Shown here piece after piece: positions 20,452 to 31,063 of a stretch of DNA of 64,000 nucleotides. The stretch comes from an uncultured delta proteobacterium (lineage in GTDB: Bacteria; Desulfobacterota; WTBG01), in contig CAWCBP010000008.1 of assembly GCA_963793865.1 (NCBI GenBank), positions 673,755 through 737,754 of the forward strand. The letters are read 5' to 3'. Positions within the stretch are counted from its first letter, which is position 1. Each line of letters begins with the position of its first letter. The position numbers were made by a program, and so were the translations under genes. The notes under the pieces are model-generated. The model was not told the origin of the DNA. It ran no database searches and worked only from the letters and a program-made list of their open reading frames with translations.

Positions 20452-22004
20452 ATGGTTGATATAATGCTCTATGTTGCTGCAGGGTTGCTGATAGTTATCG
20501 TGGTGCTTCTGCTGGTGCTGCTTAAGAAGGTGACGCGGTGGGATCCGGCGGCGCTGTTCTCCCGCCTTGATGCCGTCGACAAGGCGCAGGAGCGAACCGA
20601 GGACACCGTGAGGGATGAGGTGGCGCGGAGCGGGAGGAGTCGGGCAAGACCGCCCGGGAGCAGCGGCAGGAACTTACCGAATCCTTCACGACCTTCGGCG
20701 ATGCCGTGGTGCAGCGAATGATGGACGCGGCCGTCATGCAAAAGGGGCAGCTCGATGCCTTTTCCGAACAGCTGGCCACCTTCGCCAAGGCGAGCGGCGA
20801 GCGGCTGGACGCGGTCCGTGCCGAGTCCGCCACCGGATCCAAGCAATTGCGGGAAGAGGTGATAGCTTCGCTCAAGGGCATATCGGAGACCATTACCAAA
20901 ACCATGGCTGAAATAGCCAACCTGCAGAAAAACCAGCTTGAAACCATGTCGGCCGCAATTGGGAAGCTGTCGGAATCAAATGAGAAGAAGCTGGAGGCGG
21001 TGCGGGAGACCGTGGAGGAAAAGCTCCAGAGCATGCAGAGCGACAACGCCAGGCAGCTTGAGCAGATGCGGCAGACCGTGGATGAGAAGCTCCAGGGGAC
21101 GCTGGAGAAGCGGCTGGGCGAATCCTTCAAGCAGGTGAGCGAACGTCTGGAGCTGGTGCACAAAGGGCTGGGGGAGATGCAGACGCTGGCCACCGGCGTC
21201 GGGCGACCTGAAGAAGGTGCTCACCAACGTCAAGACGCGGGGACGTGGGGCGAAGTGCAGCTCGGCGCCATGCTGGAGCAGGTCCTCAATCCCGACCAGT
21301 TTGCCACCAATGTGGCCACGAAGGACGGCGGGGAGCGCGTCGAATATGCCATCAAGCTGCCGGGGCAGGGTGATGACAAGGATGAGGTGGTCTGGCTGCC
21401 CATCGACGCCAAGTTTCCGGTTGAGGATTATCAGCGCCTGATTGAGGCCCAGGAGCGGGCTGATGTCGAAGGGGTTGAGCGGCGGGCAAACAACTTGAGA
21501 ACCGCGTCAGGGTCTGCGCGGGGGACATCTGCAGCAAGTACCTGAACCCGCCCAAGACCACCGACTTCGGCATACTCTTCCTGCCCATCGAGGGCCTCTT
21601 TGCCGAGGTCATCCGCCGGACCGGCCTGACCGAGGTTATTCAGCGGGAGTGCCGGGTGGTGATCGCCGGCCCGACCACCCTGTGGTCCATTTTGAACAGC
21701 CTGCAGATGGGCTTCCGCACCCTTGCCATCCAGAAGCGCTCAAGCGAGGTCTGGAATCTGCTCGCGGCGGTCAAGACCGAGTGGACCAAGTACGGGGACG
21801 TGCTGGATGCGGTGCAGAAGAAACTGCATCAGGCATCGGAAACCATCGAGAAGGCACGGAGGCGGTCACGGGCGGTCGGGAAGAAAGCTCAAGGACGTGC
21901 AGGAGTTGCCTGCCGGGGAGGCCAGTGCGCTGCTGAGTCCGGGAATCTTCGAAGATGATGGCGAGACAGGAGATGTGGAAGGGGAAAGTATGCAGGATGC
22001 ATGA
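20452..22004 (+). CDS. rmuC: DNA recombination protein RmuC, about 5 single-base indels (assembly error or pseudogene)
   Basis: EQMRQTVDEKLQGTLEKRLGESFKQVSERLE, LTNVKTRG, WLPIDAKFP, LNSLQMGFRTLAIQKRSSEVW spread across frames. Shifts near 20635, 21202, 21240, 21480 and 21885. Confidence 0.88.
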
Positions 22005-22163
22005 TGAGGAGGGATGATGACCCTGCACCCTGTTCCCTGAACCCTCATTTTAACCACGAAGATCACGAAGAAAAGAATGGGGTCAGTGCTCAACCTTCAG
22101 GATTCACGTCCCAAAGAGGGATACATTTCATTTGTTGAAGGTTGAGACTTGACCCCACATGCA

Positions 22164-22191
22164 GTAGGGGCGACCGGCCGGTCGCCCCTAC
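22164..22191. repeat. GTAG-type REP palindrome (variants at 24748, 56589-56616, 56699)
   Basis: Perfect 28-bp palindrome GTAGGGGCGACCGGCCGGTCGCCCCTAC. Confidence 0.8.
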
Positions 22192-22206
22192 GTTTTATAA
22201 ACGGGT

Positions 22207-22226
22207 GCAACGGAGTGCGTCCCTCC
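22207..22226. repeat. Dispersed repeat GCAACGGAGTGCGTCCCTCC (also 24877-24896, 28013-28032; inverted variant 349-369)
   Basis: Three identical 20-mers and one inverted copy with 2 mismatches, all intergenic. Confidence 0.8.
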
Positions 22227-22327
22227 AGCGAGAGGATTAAGCATCCAAAGATCCAGTATCCAGGGACCAGCCCCTCGCATCCATCACTCCACTACTCCAG
22301 CACTCCATTTTCTCCGCCTCCTCTGCC

Positions 22328-23526
22328 TCACGCCTGCAGCGCGCCCAGCTCCTTCATCCTTTCCCTGATGTCGATTCCATTCGGGCAGAGGGCCGAGCAG
22401 GATCGCATGAGCTGCAGGGATCGGCCGGGGCAGACGAGGCTATTTCCCGCAAAAGTCCCAGGGCGAGACCGGTATCCCTGTATCCGGTGAGGTACATGTA
22501 CGACCGCATATACTCGGGAATGTCCAGGCGGCGGAGACAGCTTCCCACGCACTGCCCGCATCCCTGGCAGTAGGTGCCGTTGAGATGGGCTGAATAGCGG
22601 CTGAGCTGCTTGAGGTCTTTTGGTGATAGCGCGAATTGCTTCATGACCGCGAAGTTTTCATCGAGCTGTTTGAAATTGGTGGTGCCGGGAATGGCGCAGG
22701 CGACGTTGGGGTCATTGAGCGCCCATTTCAGGCAGGCCTGGAAGGGGCTGATGCCGAGCGATGACACGTCGTATCCCCCGACCTGGGTTTTCATGGCCAC
22801 GATGCCGATCCCTTTCTGCGCCGCGGAAGCGATGGCCTGCCGTATGGCCTCACGGTTGTCTTTTTTGAAATTGTAGGCGGTGAGAATCACATCATAAAAA
22901 TCCCGCTTGAGCGCTTCCCGGATGACTTCCTCCTCCCGCTGATGGGTGGAAATGCCGGCGAATCGCACCTTTCCTTCCTTTTTCAGCTGCGTTAGCGCCT
23001 CAAGCACCGGCTCATGAAACACCATCTCCGGGGAAATGATATTGTGTACATAGACTACATCAGCATACGCCATCTGCAGACGCTTCAATCCTTCTTCGTA
23101 TTGCCGGATGAAAGCCTCTTTGGTTGCATCGGCGGTGAACCGGGCGGACGATTTGTCCCGTGGCAGCGCCACCTTGGTGGCAACAATCAGCTTCTTCCGG
23201 TCAATCGCCTTCTTGATCACCTCGCCCAGCATCCTTTCATTGTTGCCCGACTGGTAGACATTGGCCGTGTCGAAATGGTTGATCCCCATGCGTATCGCTT
23301 TGGCAACTACGCCGGCGTTATCGGTCGTCATGACACCAAAGCTGACCATGGAAACCTTGAGGCCGGTGCGACCCAGGGTCCGGTAGGATACGCCGCCGTC
23401 CTCCTTCAGCAATGAGAACCATGGCGACTGCGCCAGGAAGGGGGAAACCCCGCTGATGGCCAGACCCTGAGCTGATGTTTTTAGAAATTCCCTGCGGGTA
23501 AAAAACGATTTATTTTTTTTCATCAT
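22328..23526 (-). CDS. Tat-signal aldo/keto reductase with C-terminal 4Fe-4S dicluster; frameshift near 22403
   Basis: TRREFLK, YRTLGRTGLKVS, FDTANVY, GIVAMKT, CQGCGQC..C and CSSC.SC..LCPNGIDI after the shift. Confidence 0.85.
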
Positions 23527-24466
23527 TTCCTCCGTGCATGCTTTTTAGAATGGCTGCCGCCCCGTCGGGATTGCCCAGAACGCCGGCTAATCTTCCCTCT
23601 ATTACCGCCACCGCGCAGTTGCCATAGTATGGATCCCGGCCGGTAATGCCCTGCATGCCGTCCTGCAGCTCGCCCAGGTATGCCTGTTCCTGCATGAGGT
23701 ATGCTTTGTATTTCTTGAGGCTCTCAATCGTTTCCCTGTCCGGCGCAGCGGAAAGAAAAACCGTGTAGGTTTTATTGCCCTGTGAATAGTGGGCGGAGGC
23801 AATGCGATTGAAAAAGGGCTGACCCAGGAAATCCTTGTTGGTGTAGTTTTCGCTTCCAACGCGGCGATGTTGCAGCGGGAGGAGATCGAAGCAAGCCGGC
23901 CTGGAAAAATCGCCCTTGATCCGTGCCTCGATGGTTTTGCCGATGTGCTCCGCAACAGCCGGAAAGGCTTTTGAAGTCGGGGGAAGAAAAATATTTATAT
24001 AAAACCTGTCCTTGTAAAACTGGAGCATTCCATTTCCCAGGCGTCCTTCTGCGCCGCCGGGCAATGTGTAAGGATCCCCTCCCTGCTCAGCCCTTGACAC
24101 CCCATAGGCATTCTCGATCGTCCCCATGTTGTAGACCTCCAGGGTGGCCCGGTGAGCGGGATTGCCGTCCTCGACAAACACCGCCACCATGAGTTCTGCA
24201 AATCCGTAGGCGAGAAAAAGCTCCGCCCCGCCGTTGATGTAATCAAAGAGCGTGTCGGGGGAATAATGCGCCGGCTCCTCTGCTCTTTTAAAACTGCCGA
24301 ATTGGTCGTCCGGTTTGATCAGGTCTGCAAGCTCCCGGCTCGGGCTTTTGCCGCTGCCGGAGGAGGAAGCGGTTTGACCGGCGGCAGGGATTATGAAGAG
24401 AAAGAAACTAATCACCATTGTCAGAAGTGCTGTCAGCAATGCTTTCGTGCCGGTTGTGACGGTCAT
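23510..24466 (-). CDS. DUF6599-like exported protein
   Basis: Signal peptide; LFDYINGGAELFLAYGF motif; overlaps the start of the AKR gene (operon). Confidence 0.7.
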   Translation of the reverse strand: MTVTTGTKALLTALLTMVISFFLFIIPAAGQTASSSGSGKSPSRELADLIKPDDQFGSFKRAEEPAHYSPDTLFDYINGGAELFLAYGFAELMVAVFVEDGNPAHRATLEVYNMGTIENAYGVSRAEQGGDPYTLPGGAEGRLGNGMLQFYKDRFYINIFLPPTSKAFPAVAEHIGKTIEARIKGDFSRPACFDLLPLQHRRVGSENYTNKDFLGQPFFNRIASAHYSQGNKTYTVFLSAAPDRETIESLKKYKAYLMQEQAYLGELQDGMQGITGRDPYYGNCAVAVIEGRLAGVLGNPDGAAAILKSMHGGNDEKK

Positions 24467-25212
24467 TGCATTTTTCTCTTGATTATGATCTGCTCGCGAT
24501 TGATCCTGAAAGGAACGAATTGATTTAATGCTAACATATTTTGAGGAAGGAGGGCAACCGGCGATTTCAGATTTCGGGATATGGATTGCGGAGGCACGGA
24601 AAAGTGGAGAGAGAGAAAAATGATCCAGGATGCAAGATGCAAGAGGAAGCCTCGTACCCTGTTCCCTGAACCCTAAGCCCGGGTTTTGAAACACGAAGAT
24701 CACGACGGGAAAGGCACGAAGAACACGAAGAAAAACAGAGAACAGACGTAGGGGTGACCAGCCGGTAGCCAATATGTCTTCAAAACGCATCCTTTTCTTA
24801 TCGCACATCTCACTTCTAATTCCACTTAGTCAACAACGTCCCCAACTCCTGCCGAGGCCGAGAAGTAGAAGCGGATGCAACGGAGTGCGTCCCTCCGCAT
24901 GCGATGTCGAGCAGCTATTATTATGCACCCAGTACTCCATCACTCCGGTACTCCAATTTCCATCTCTACTGCTCCATCTCTCCATTACAACGCCTTGTTC
25001 AATCTCCCGTATCCCCCTCTTCATTTTACCTATTGCAATACTTAGATGTTTGAATTATATTATTATCAAACATTTCGTAATCACATTTCTGTAATAACAC
25101 TTGAGGGGCAGGATGTAATCGAAGGGGGGTGATTGCTGAGCGGGGAGCGTGTAGGGGGTAACGTGTGATGTAAACACCAGCAGCAAACGCTTGCAATCAG
25201 GGAGGCAGGATA

Positions 25213-26307
25213 ATGAAAGAGAAAATTAGAAATGTGTTTTCAGGCAATAATCTCTCTGCCAGAAGAACCTTTCTCAAGCTGGCAGGCTTAACCTCACTCG
25301 TCACCGTTCTTCCCACCTTTAAAACAAAGGCGGCCCATGCGCGATATGTAGGCAACCGCAACTGGTGGTACAAGCGTAATGTGTTCTCAACATCTGAGAA
25401 CGCAAACAAAGAAGCGGAGTATTGCGTGCAGCATAATTTAAACACTGATTCCGCTGCGCAGGGCATTCTGTGGTCAAACATCGACAACCGGTGGAGGAAA
25501 TATCCAATTCGCCAGCTATCTGATGATTTTATGAATTGGGGGTGTTCGGAAAGGTATTTTTACTACGAGGAAAGGCTTAACTATGGGGACGAGGGGCCGC
25601 CCACGATCATGAAAAATGGGGGCATTCACCACGGCATGGTTGCTTCCTACGGGAATTGGAGAGGCCGGGGCGACAGCGCCTTTAATATCAATATTGCGGT
25701 AAAAGGAACGGCCCTGTGCCCGTCGCGTGAAACGATACAGGAGCTCCTTCCGGTGTTGGAGCAGCTGAAGATTGACGATCCGCCCGACCGAATCACCCAG
25801 TATTACGAGATCATGCGGGGCATTTACAGCGATATCAACAATTTTGACAAGTCAAAATTGGTAACCCTCGAACTCTATACGCAGCCGACCAGCGGTCCCC
25901 TCTTTGACGCCGGCTATCATGAAACCCATACCTTTGCCAATATGATGGCAAACCCCATTTGCAGCATCGGTTTTCTGCAGCAGGAGCATCCACAGAAGAA
26001 TTATTTTGATCCGAATGGGTCGGGCGGCTACAACGACTTCGAGTATGGCATTCACTATGAGGTCCGGACCATTCCCAAGGTGCTGCATTGCTGGGCGCCT
26101 ACAATGGGCGACGAATACGATGTTTTCAAGTATCAGGAGGCTGAGGATCCCGATGCCATTTTTGGCTATTGGGTGAACTTTCTGCACACCTTCTATCACG
26201 GCGGCAGGGCCAATATTACTGCCGTTGTACACAACGTGATAGAACAATTCTTCAACTACCCCAACCGTGGCATACGCGTGGTTCCTTCCCGGGATAAAAA
26301 GCACTGA
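25213..26307 (+). CDS. Tat-exported hypothetical protein, possibly a divergent split-barrel flavoprotein
   Basis: SARRTFLK..AHA signal; HTFANMMANPICSIGF..YEVR resembles the PNPOx-like T..N...NP motif. Confidence 0.55.
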   Translation: MKEKIRNVFSGNNLSARRTFLKLAGLTSLVTVLPTFKTKAAHARYVGNRNWWYKRNVFSTSENANKEAEYCVQHNLNTDSAAQGILWSNIDNRWRKYPIRQLSDDFMNWGCSERYFYYEERLNYGDEGPPTIMKNGGIHHGMVASYGNWRGRGDSAFNINIAVKGTALCPSRETIQELLPVLEQLKIDDPPDRITQYYEIMRGIYSDINNFDKSKLVTLELYTQPTSGPLFDAGYHETHTFANMMANPICSIGFLQQEHPQKNYFDPNGSGGYNDFEYGIHYEVRTIPKVLHCWAPTMGDEYDVFKYQEAEDPDAIFGYWVNFLHTFYHGGRANITAVVHNVIEQFFNYPNRGIRVVPSRDKKH

Positions 26308-26323
26308 GAGACAAGCAGAATTA

Positions 26324-26360
26324 CAAGGGGCAGAACATTGATTGTTCTGCCCCTTGCTTT
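26324..26360 (+). terminator. Rho-independent terminator
   Basis: 14-bp stem CAAGGGGCAGAACA / TGTTCTGCCCCTTG right after the stop codon. Confidence 0.65.
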
Positions 26361-26803
26361 ATGGGGATGGGCCGGCACATCCCGCTTTCATACCCACCTT
26401 AATCTCCCAGCAGAGGATGTATCGCAATGACGCAGGCGATTGTGCCGCAGTCCATTAAGGGAACGGGGTTTTATTACGCTGGGGGCGTATTGTTATACTC
26501 CCTTACATATTTTCCCTTCTCGATGACCACCCCTGTCATACCTGGGTGGTATACTTGATTACATAAAGAAAGGCGTTAGTGGAAAGGATGCGGGTTAAAG
26601 GAGTAGTCCTCAGTCAACGGGCCACGGTTAAAAAGAGTGCCTTTAAATGGATGACTGCTAAAGGAGAATAGAGGCGGGAGCATCATCCAATACTCCTATA
26701 CTCCATCACTCCAACAACTAGCTTTTCGCCGACTAGCTGACCATCTGGCGATCTGTCCCGCTGTCCGGAATGTTTTATTCAACCCTAAAGGGAGGAAGCT
26801 GTT

Positions 26804-27802
26804 ATGAAACAATCAATGTCAGATTATTTTTCTCACGTCACCATGGGTGCGGAGCAGCGCTACCGGAACATGGTCGTCTTCCCGCTGCTCTCCGACCGGG
26901 AAAGCGCTGCCGACTACCTGCTGCTCGACGAGGCGCTGAACGCCAACCTCGTCCTGATTGCGGAAGTGGGTGAGGGCGGGAGCGTTCCGGAACTCAAGGT
27001 GGATAACCGGTCTGCCAGGAATCTGCTGATACTGGACGGTGAGGAGCTGGTGGGGGCCAAGCAGAACCGCATTGTCAACGTGACGTTGTTGATTGCCGCC
27101 CATGCCTCTCTGACCATACCGGTGAGCTGCGTGGAGGCGGGAAGGTGGTCCTACCGGAGCCGGCACTTCATGAGCAAGGAGCGGGTGATGCCGCCTCGCA
27201 TGCGCATGAGAAAGAACGCGGCCGTGTACAACTCGCTTTTAAACTGCGGGAAGTTTGAGGGCAACCAGGGCGAGACCTGGGACCTGATCCAGGACAAGAT
27301 TGCCATGCTCAAGGTCAACTCGGAGACTGCTGCCCTGAGCGACGTCTACGACAAGGAGCAGCAATCGATCGGTGATTATCTGAAGCACTTCACCGGGCAG
27401 GAACGGCAGACAGGAATGCTGGTGATGATCAACAACCGGGTGATCGGGTGCGACTGCTTTGCCGGGCATGACACCTTGAAAAAGGTGTTTCCCAAGCTGG
27501 TCAAGAGCTATGTGCTGGATGCCATTGAAGTTCAGGCGGACAATACAGAGACTCTGACCTCAAACTTGCAGGCGGCATCATTCATCGAGGAGGTAGTCAA
27601 ATGCCCGGTGGAGGAGAGACCATCACTTTCGCTCGGGACTGACGTGAGGTTCATGTCGCAGACGGTCATCGGCTCCGCCCTGTCACTCAACGAGGATATT
27701 ATCCATCTTACCGCTTTCGCACGAGATGAGCAGGATGAGGGAAGGGGAATCGGTTTTTACCAGCGCCCGAGCAGGAGGAGACGGGGAGGGTTCAGGGAGT
27801 AG
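26804..27802 (+). CDS. ARPP-1 / DUF6569 family protein
   Basis: GSVPEL..N, LDGEELVGAKQNRIVN, IPVSCVEAGRW, KLVKSYVLDA. Confidence 0.8.
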   Translation: MKQSMSDYFSHVTMGAEQRYRNMVVFPLLSDRESAADYLLLDEALNANLVLIAEVGEGGSVPELKVDNRSARNLLILDGEELVGAKQNRIVNVTLLIAAHASLTIPVSCVEAGRWSYRSRHFMSKERVMPPRMRMRKNAAVYNSLLNCGKFEGNQGETWDLIQDKIAMLKVNSETAALSDVYDKEQQSIGDYLKHFTGQERQTGMLVMINNRVIGCDCFAGHDTLKKVFPKLVKSYVLDAIEVQADNTETLTSNLQAASFIEEVVKCPVEERPSLSLGTDVRFMSQTVIGSALSLNEDIIHLTAFARDEQDEGRGIGFYQRPSRRRRGGFRE

Positions 27803-28073
27803 GAGAAAGGGCAGTCCAGAGTCGACGGACCATGGTCCACGGTTAAGAAGAGTTAACAGTTATCGGTCCATAGTCGCCAGTTCGGAAACCAGTGCTCCAG
27901 CACTCCAACACTCCATCATCCTGGTCTCTGCCCGCTCGCCTGCGGGAGACTTGCTGGGCAGCAATGAAAATGGAGGGGCACGCTCTGTCGTGGCCGTAAA
28001 TCAAACACGGACGCAACGGAGTGCGTCCCTCCACTGTCTGGCTGGCCACTGACCGGCCCAAAAATAACCTGCA

Positions 28074-28144
28074 GTAGCCGCAGGCTTTAGCCTGCGAGAG
28101 TGTATAATAAGATGTATTATGCGCAAGCTGAAGCTTGCGGCTAC
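28074..28144. repeat. Inverted REP pair (REPIN-like)
   Basis: GTAGCCGCAGGCTTTAGCCTGCG ... CGCAAGCTGAAGCTTGCGGCTAC. Confidence 0.7.
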
Positions 28145-28181
28145 ATTTACGCCATGGTCCTTCGTGTAAAGGAGACACCAC

Positions 28182-28580
28182 ATGAAAACAATGCTCTTTG
28201 CGCTGCTTTTAACCGGTATTGCTTTTACCACTTCCATTGCTGATGACTACGTGTATGACAGTCCCTACGGCGGCAAAAAGATCGGGAAGGTGGATGAGAA
28301 CGGCTACATCTATGACAGCCCCTATGGCGGGAAAAAGATTGGCCGGGTAAAGGACGATTATGTGTATGACAGCCCGTATGGGGGCAAAAAAGTGGGGCGG
28401 ATTGAAGATAACGGGAAAATCTATGACAAGCCCTATGGCGGAAAGGCCGTGGGACGTTATGATGACGGGAAGGTGTATAACAACCCATACGGCGGGAAGG
28501 CCATAGGTTCAGCCGACAGCAAGGAGGGGGCGGGGTATTTTCTCCTCAGGGAAAAGAACCCCGATTGCAGGAAGAAATAA
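28182..28580 (+). CDS. Small exported protein with five tandem 18-19 aa repeats
   Basis: Signal peptide, then five units of the type YVYDSPYGGKKIG; RBS AAGGAG. Confidence 0.8.
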   Translation: MKTMLFALLLTGIAFTTSIADDYVYDSPYGGKKIGKVDENGYIYDSPYGGKKIGRVKDDYVYDSPYGGKKVGRIEDNGKIYDKPYGGKAVGRYDDGKVYNNPYGGKAIGSADSKEGAGYFLLREKNPDCRKK

Positions 28581-28609
28581 AAGATGCCGGATTTTGTCCG
28601 GCACCTTTT
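28579..28609. terminator. Bidirectional terminator between convergent genes
   Basis: AAAAGATGCCGGA-TTTTG-TCCGGCACCTTTT. Confidence 0.6.
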
Positions 28610-28641
28610 ATTGCCTTGTCTCAATTCATGCCAGTCTTCAG

Positions 28642-31017
28642 TTATTTTGCCTCCTGCCCGGTGATGAACTTCGGCTTCAACAACACCACGAAGCTGGGTA
28701 CCAGCAGCAGCGCCCCGACCATGTTCAGGAAGAGCACGATGGCCAGGAACAGCCCCATCATGGCCTGGAACATCAAAGGCGAAATCACCCAGAAGAAAAT
28801 GCCCACGGTAAGGGTGGTGGACAAATACACCACCGCCTTGCCGGTGGTGAGCATGGCGTTCTCGATGGCCTTGTTCAGGTCATGGACCAGCCCGTACTCA
28901 TCCTTGATCCGGCTCAACAAATACACCCCGAAGTCAACCCCCAGCCCGATTCCCACCGAGGTGACCGGAAGGGTGCTGGTGGTGATGGTGATCGGCGTGG
29001 GGATCGCCCAGAAGAAGCCGGTGGCCATCATGGCGAAGGCAATGGCGTTGGAAACGATGAGCGGCAGAATGAGGATAATTCCCGCCATGAAGCTCTTGTA
29101 AAAGATGCAGCAGAAGGCGAAAATGAGGATGAGCGCCCAGGTTCCGGTGGTGTACTGGTATTCCTCGATGATCTCATTGATGGCCGCCTGCACCCCGAAC
29201 TCGCCGCCGCAGAGCTTGTACTGCATGGGAGGCGCCAGCCGGGAATGCTTCTCCATGTATTCCTTAACTCTGGACATAACTGTTTTAATGGTGGGAGTTG
29301 TTTTATCCCGGCAGTAGATGATGATGTTGGCCGCCGTGTCCTCGCCGGGATCGCAGAACCGGTCGGCGGTTCCGGGTGTGCCCATCTGCGTAACCCTGCG
29401 GTAGCTGTAAATGATCTCCCGGTCATTGGTGGGGAAAAAGTACCAGTTGGGATCGCCCTCGTGGGCCAGCCAGCCCGCCCCGGAAAAGCTGCTGATCACC
29501 GACCGGGTGAACATCACCAGCCGTCCCGGCGTCCCCTTCATATGGCGCTCGAAGCGCTCCATCTCTTTAAAGTTGTCTCCGCACATTTCCCGGGGCTTTT
29601 CGGGACAGCTCACCAGGTCGTATTGCTTTTCTCCTTCCATGACTATCAGCAGCGGGCTTAATATGGGCATGCTGAAGGAGATCCGGAAACCGTCGCGGTT
29701 GAATCGGTGCCAGGGCCAGAGCAGCGAGGAGCCGGGTACCGCATCTCCCACCTGGATGGTCCGGGCATAATAGGCGCCGAAGATAAACAGGAGCAAAAAG
29801 ACCGCCAGAATAGGCCAGCAGCCCCACCGGGCAATCCATGCCCCCAGGCGCATCAGCCCGAAGTCAAGTCTGCTCTTCTTCTCAGCCCGTGCAATTGACT
29901 TGTGGGGAAATGACAAATAGGAAAGTATCGCCGGCAAAAAGCACATCACGATCAGCACCGTCACGAACGACCAGAAGGTGCAGACGATGGTAATCATCTG
30001 CATGATCTTGATGGGGGTAAGGGCGATGAGCATGATACCGGTCGCGTCGGTGATGATGCTCACAAAGCCCGGGACGAAAAGCTCCTCGATCACCTTCTTG
30101 CACGAGGCCTTCACATCCCGGGTGACCGCGCACTCCTCAACATAGCGCTTGATCACCTGCACCGAGTGGCAGGCCGCCATGGCAGAAACCAGAAAGGGAA
30201 ACACCAGCACCAGGGGATCCAGGTTATAGCCCAGCAGCACCAGGAACCCCAGACCCCATATGCCGCTGATGAGCGAGCCGACGATGGGAAGCAGCATGCC
30301 CCGGATCGACCGGAAGTAGAAAAGAAAAAGACCGAGCATGACCACCAGGGTAATTCCCATGATGGTCATGATGGTGCCCACGTAGCTGTCAATGTATCCC
30401 AGGTGCAGCGGCTCACCGGCCATGCTCAGGATGTGATTGTCGTCCTCGTATTTCTTCTGGATTTTGATCAATTCCCTGTAGACCACGGAATAGTCAATCT
30501 CGTCATCAAAGAAATCGGCGGTGATCAGTGTCTTTCTGCTGTCAAACCATACCAGGCCGCCGTAGAAAACGCTGGCATAGACCTGCTCCCGCAGCACTTC
30601 CGCCTCCGCCTGTGTCTGGGGCACATGGGGAAACATCAGGGGGACAAAATTATACCCGCCCGAGACGAGCTGCATATCCACCACCGTATTGACGGCCAGC
30701 GAGGTGATCTTAAACCGGTCCACGGCGGGGATATAGTACAGCGCATCGGTTATCTCCCTGATCTTTTTCAGGGTAGAGGGATTGAAGATATCACCCTTGC
30801 GCACCTGCAGGATCATGGTCACGGTGTTGGCGCCGCCGAACTTGGCCCGAATCTGATTGTAGGTCTTGATGTACGCATGCCCCTGCGGCAACAGGTCGGC
30901 AAACTTGGTATACACCTTCAGATCGCTCAGGGTGAACGCAAAGAAGAGTGTTATGACACCCATGATGATGAGCACCAGCGCCCTTTTTTCAATGATGAAA
31001 TCAGCGAACTTTTTCAT
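28642..31017 (-). CDS. MMPL / RND family transporter
   Basis: 791 aa with two TM repeats and periplasmic loops; SIITDATG, GIGLGVDFGVY, TTGKAV. Confidence 0.9.
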   Translation of the reverse strand: MKKFADFIIEKRALVLIIMGVITLFFAFTLSDLKVYTKFADLLPQGHAYIKTYNQIRAKFGGANTVTMILQVRKGDIFNPSTLKKIREITDALYYIPAVDRFKITSLAVNTVVDMQLVSGGYNFVPLMFPHVPQTQAEAEVLREQVYASVFYGGLVWFDSRKTLITADFFDDEIDYSVVYRELIKIQKKYEDDNHILSMAGEPLHLGYIDSYVGTIMTIMGITLVVMLGLFLFYFRSIRGMLLPIVGSLISGIWGLGFLVLLGYNLDPLVLVFPFLVSAMAACHSVQVIKRYVEECAVTRDVKASCKKVIEELFVPGFVSIITDATGIMLIALTPIKIMQMITIVCTFWSFVTVLIVMCFLPAILSYLSFPHKSIARAEKKSRLDFGLMRLGAWIARWGCWPILAVFLLLFIFGAYYARTIQVGDAVPGSSLLWPWHRFNRDGFRISFSMPILSPLLIVMEGEKQYDLVSCPEKPREMCGDNFKEMERFERHMKGTPGRLVMFTRSVISSFSGAGWLAHEGDPNWYFFPTNDREIIYSYRRVTQMGTPGTADRFCDPGEDTAANIIIYCRDKTTPTIKTVMSRVKEYMEKHSRLAPPMQYKLCGGEFGVQAAINEIIEEYQYTTGTWALILIFAFCCIFYKSFMAGIILILPLIVSNAIAFAMMATGFFWAIPTPITITTSTLPVTSVGIGLGVDFGVYLLSRIKDEYGLVHDLNKAIENAMLTTGKAVVYLSTTLTVGIFFWVISPLMFQAMMGLFLAIVLFLNMVGALLLVPSFVVLLKPKFITGQEAK

Positions 31018-31063
31018 GAGCCTCCCCCGGTTGCACCTTCCTCAGATAATCGTCATACCCATT

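Noticed and set aside
24467..24808. Long N-terminal extension of ORF 23510-24808 (similarly 17633-17722 and 55377-55673)
   Set aside because: The extensions run through intergenic repeats or another gene; downstream starts give proper signal peptides.
28240..28510. Periodic DNA repeats (TATGACAGCCC..GGCGG) that could mimic a CRISPR array
   Set aside because: They are in-frame coding repeats with synonymous variation; there are no unique spacers and no cas genes.
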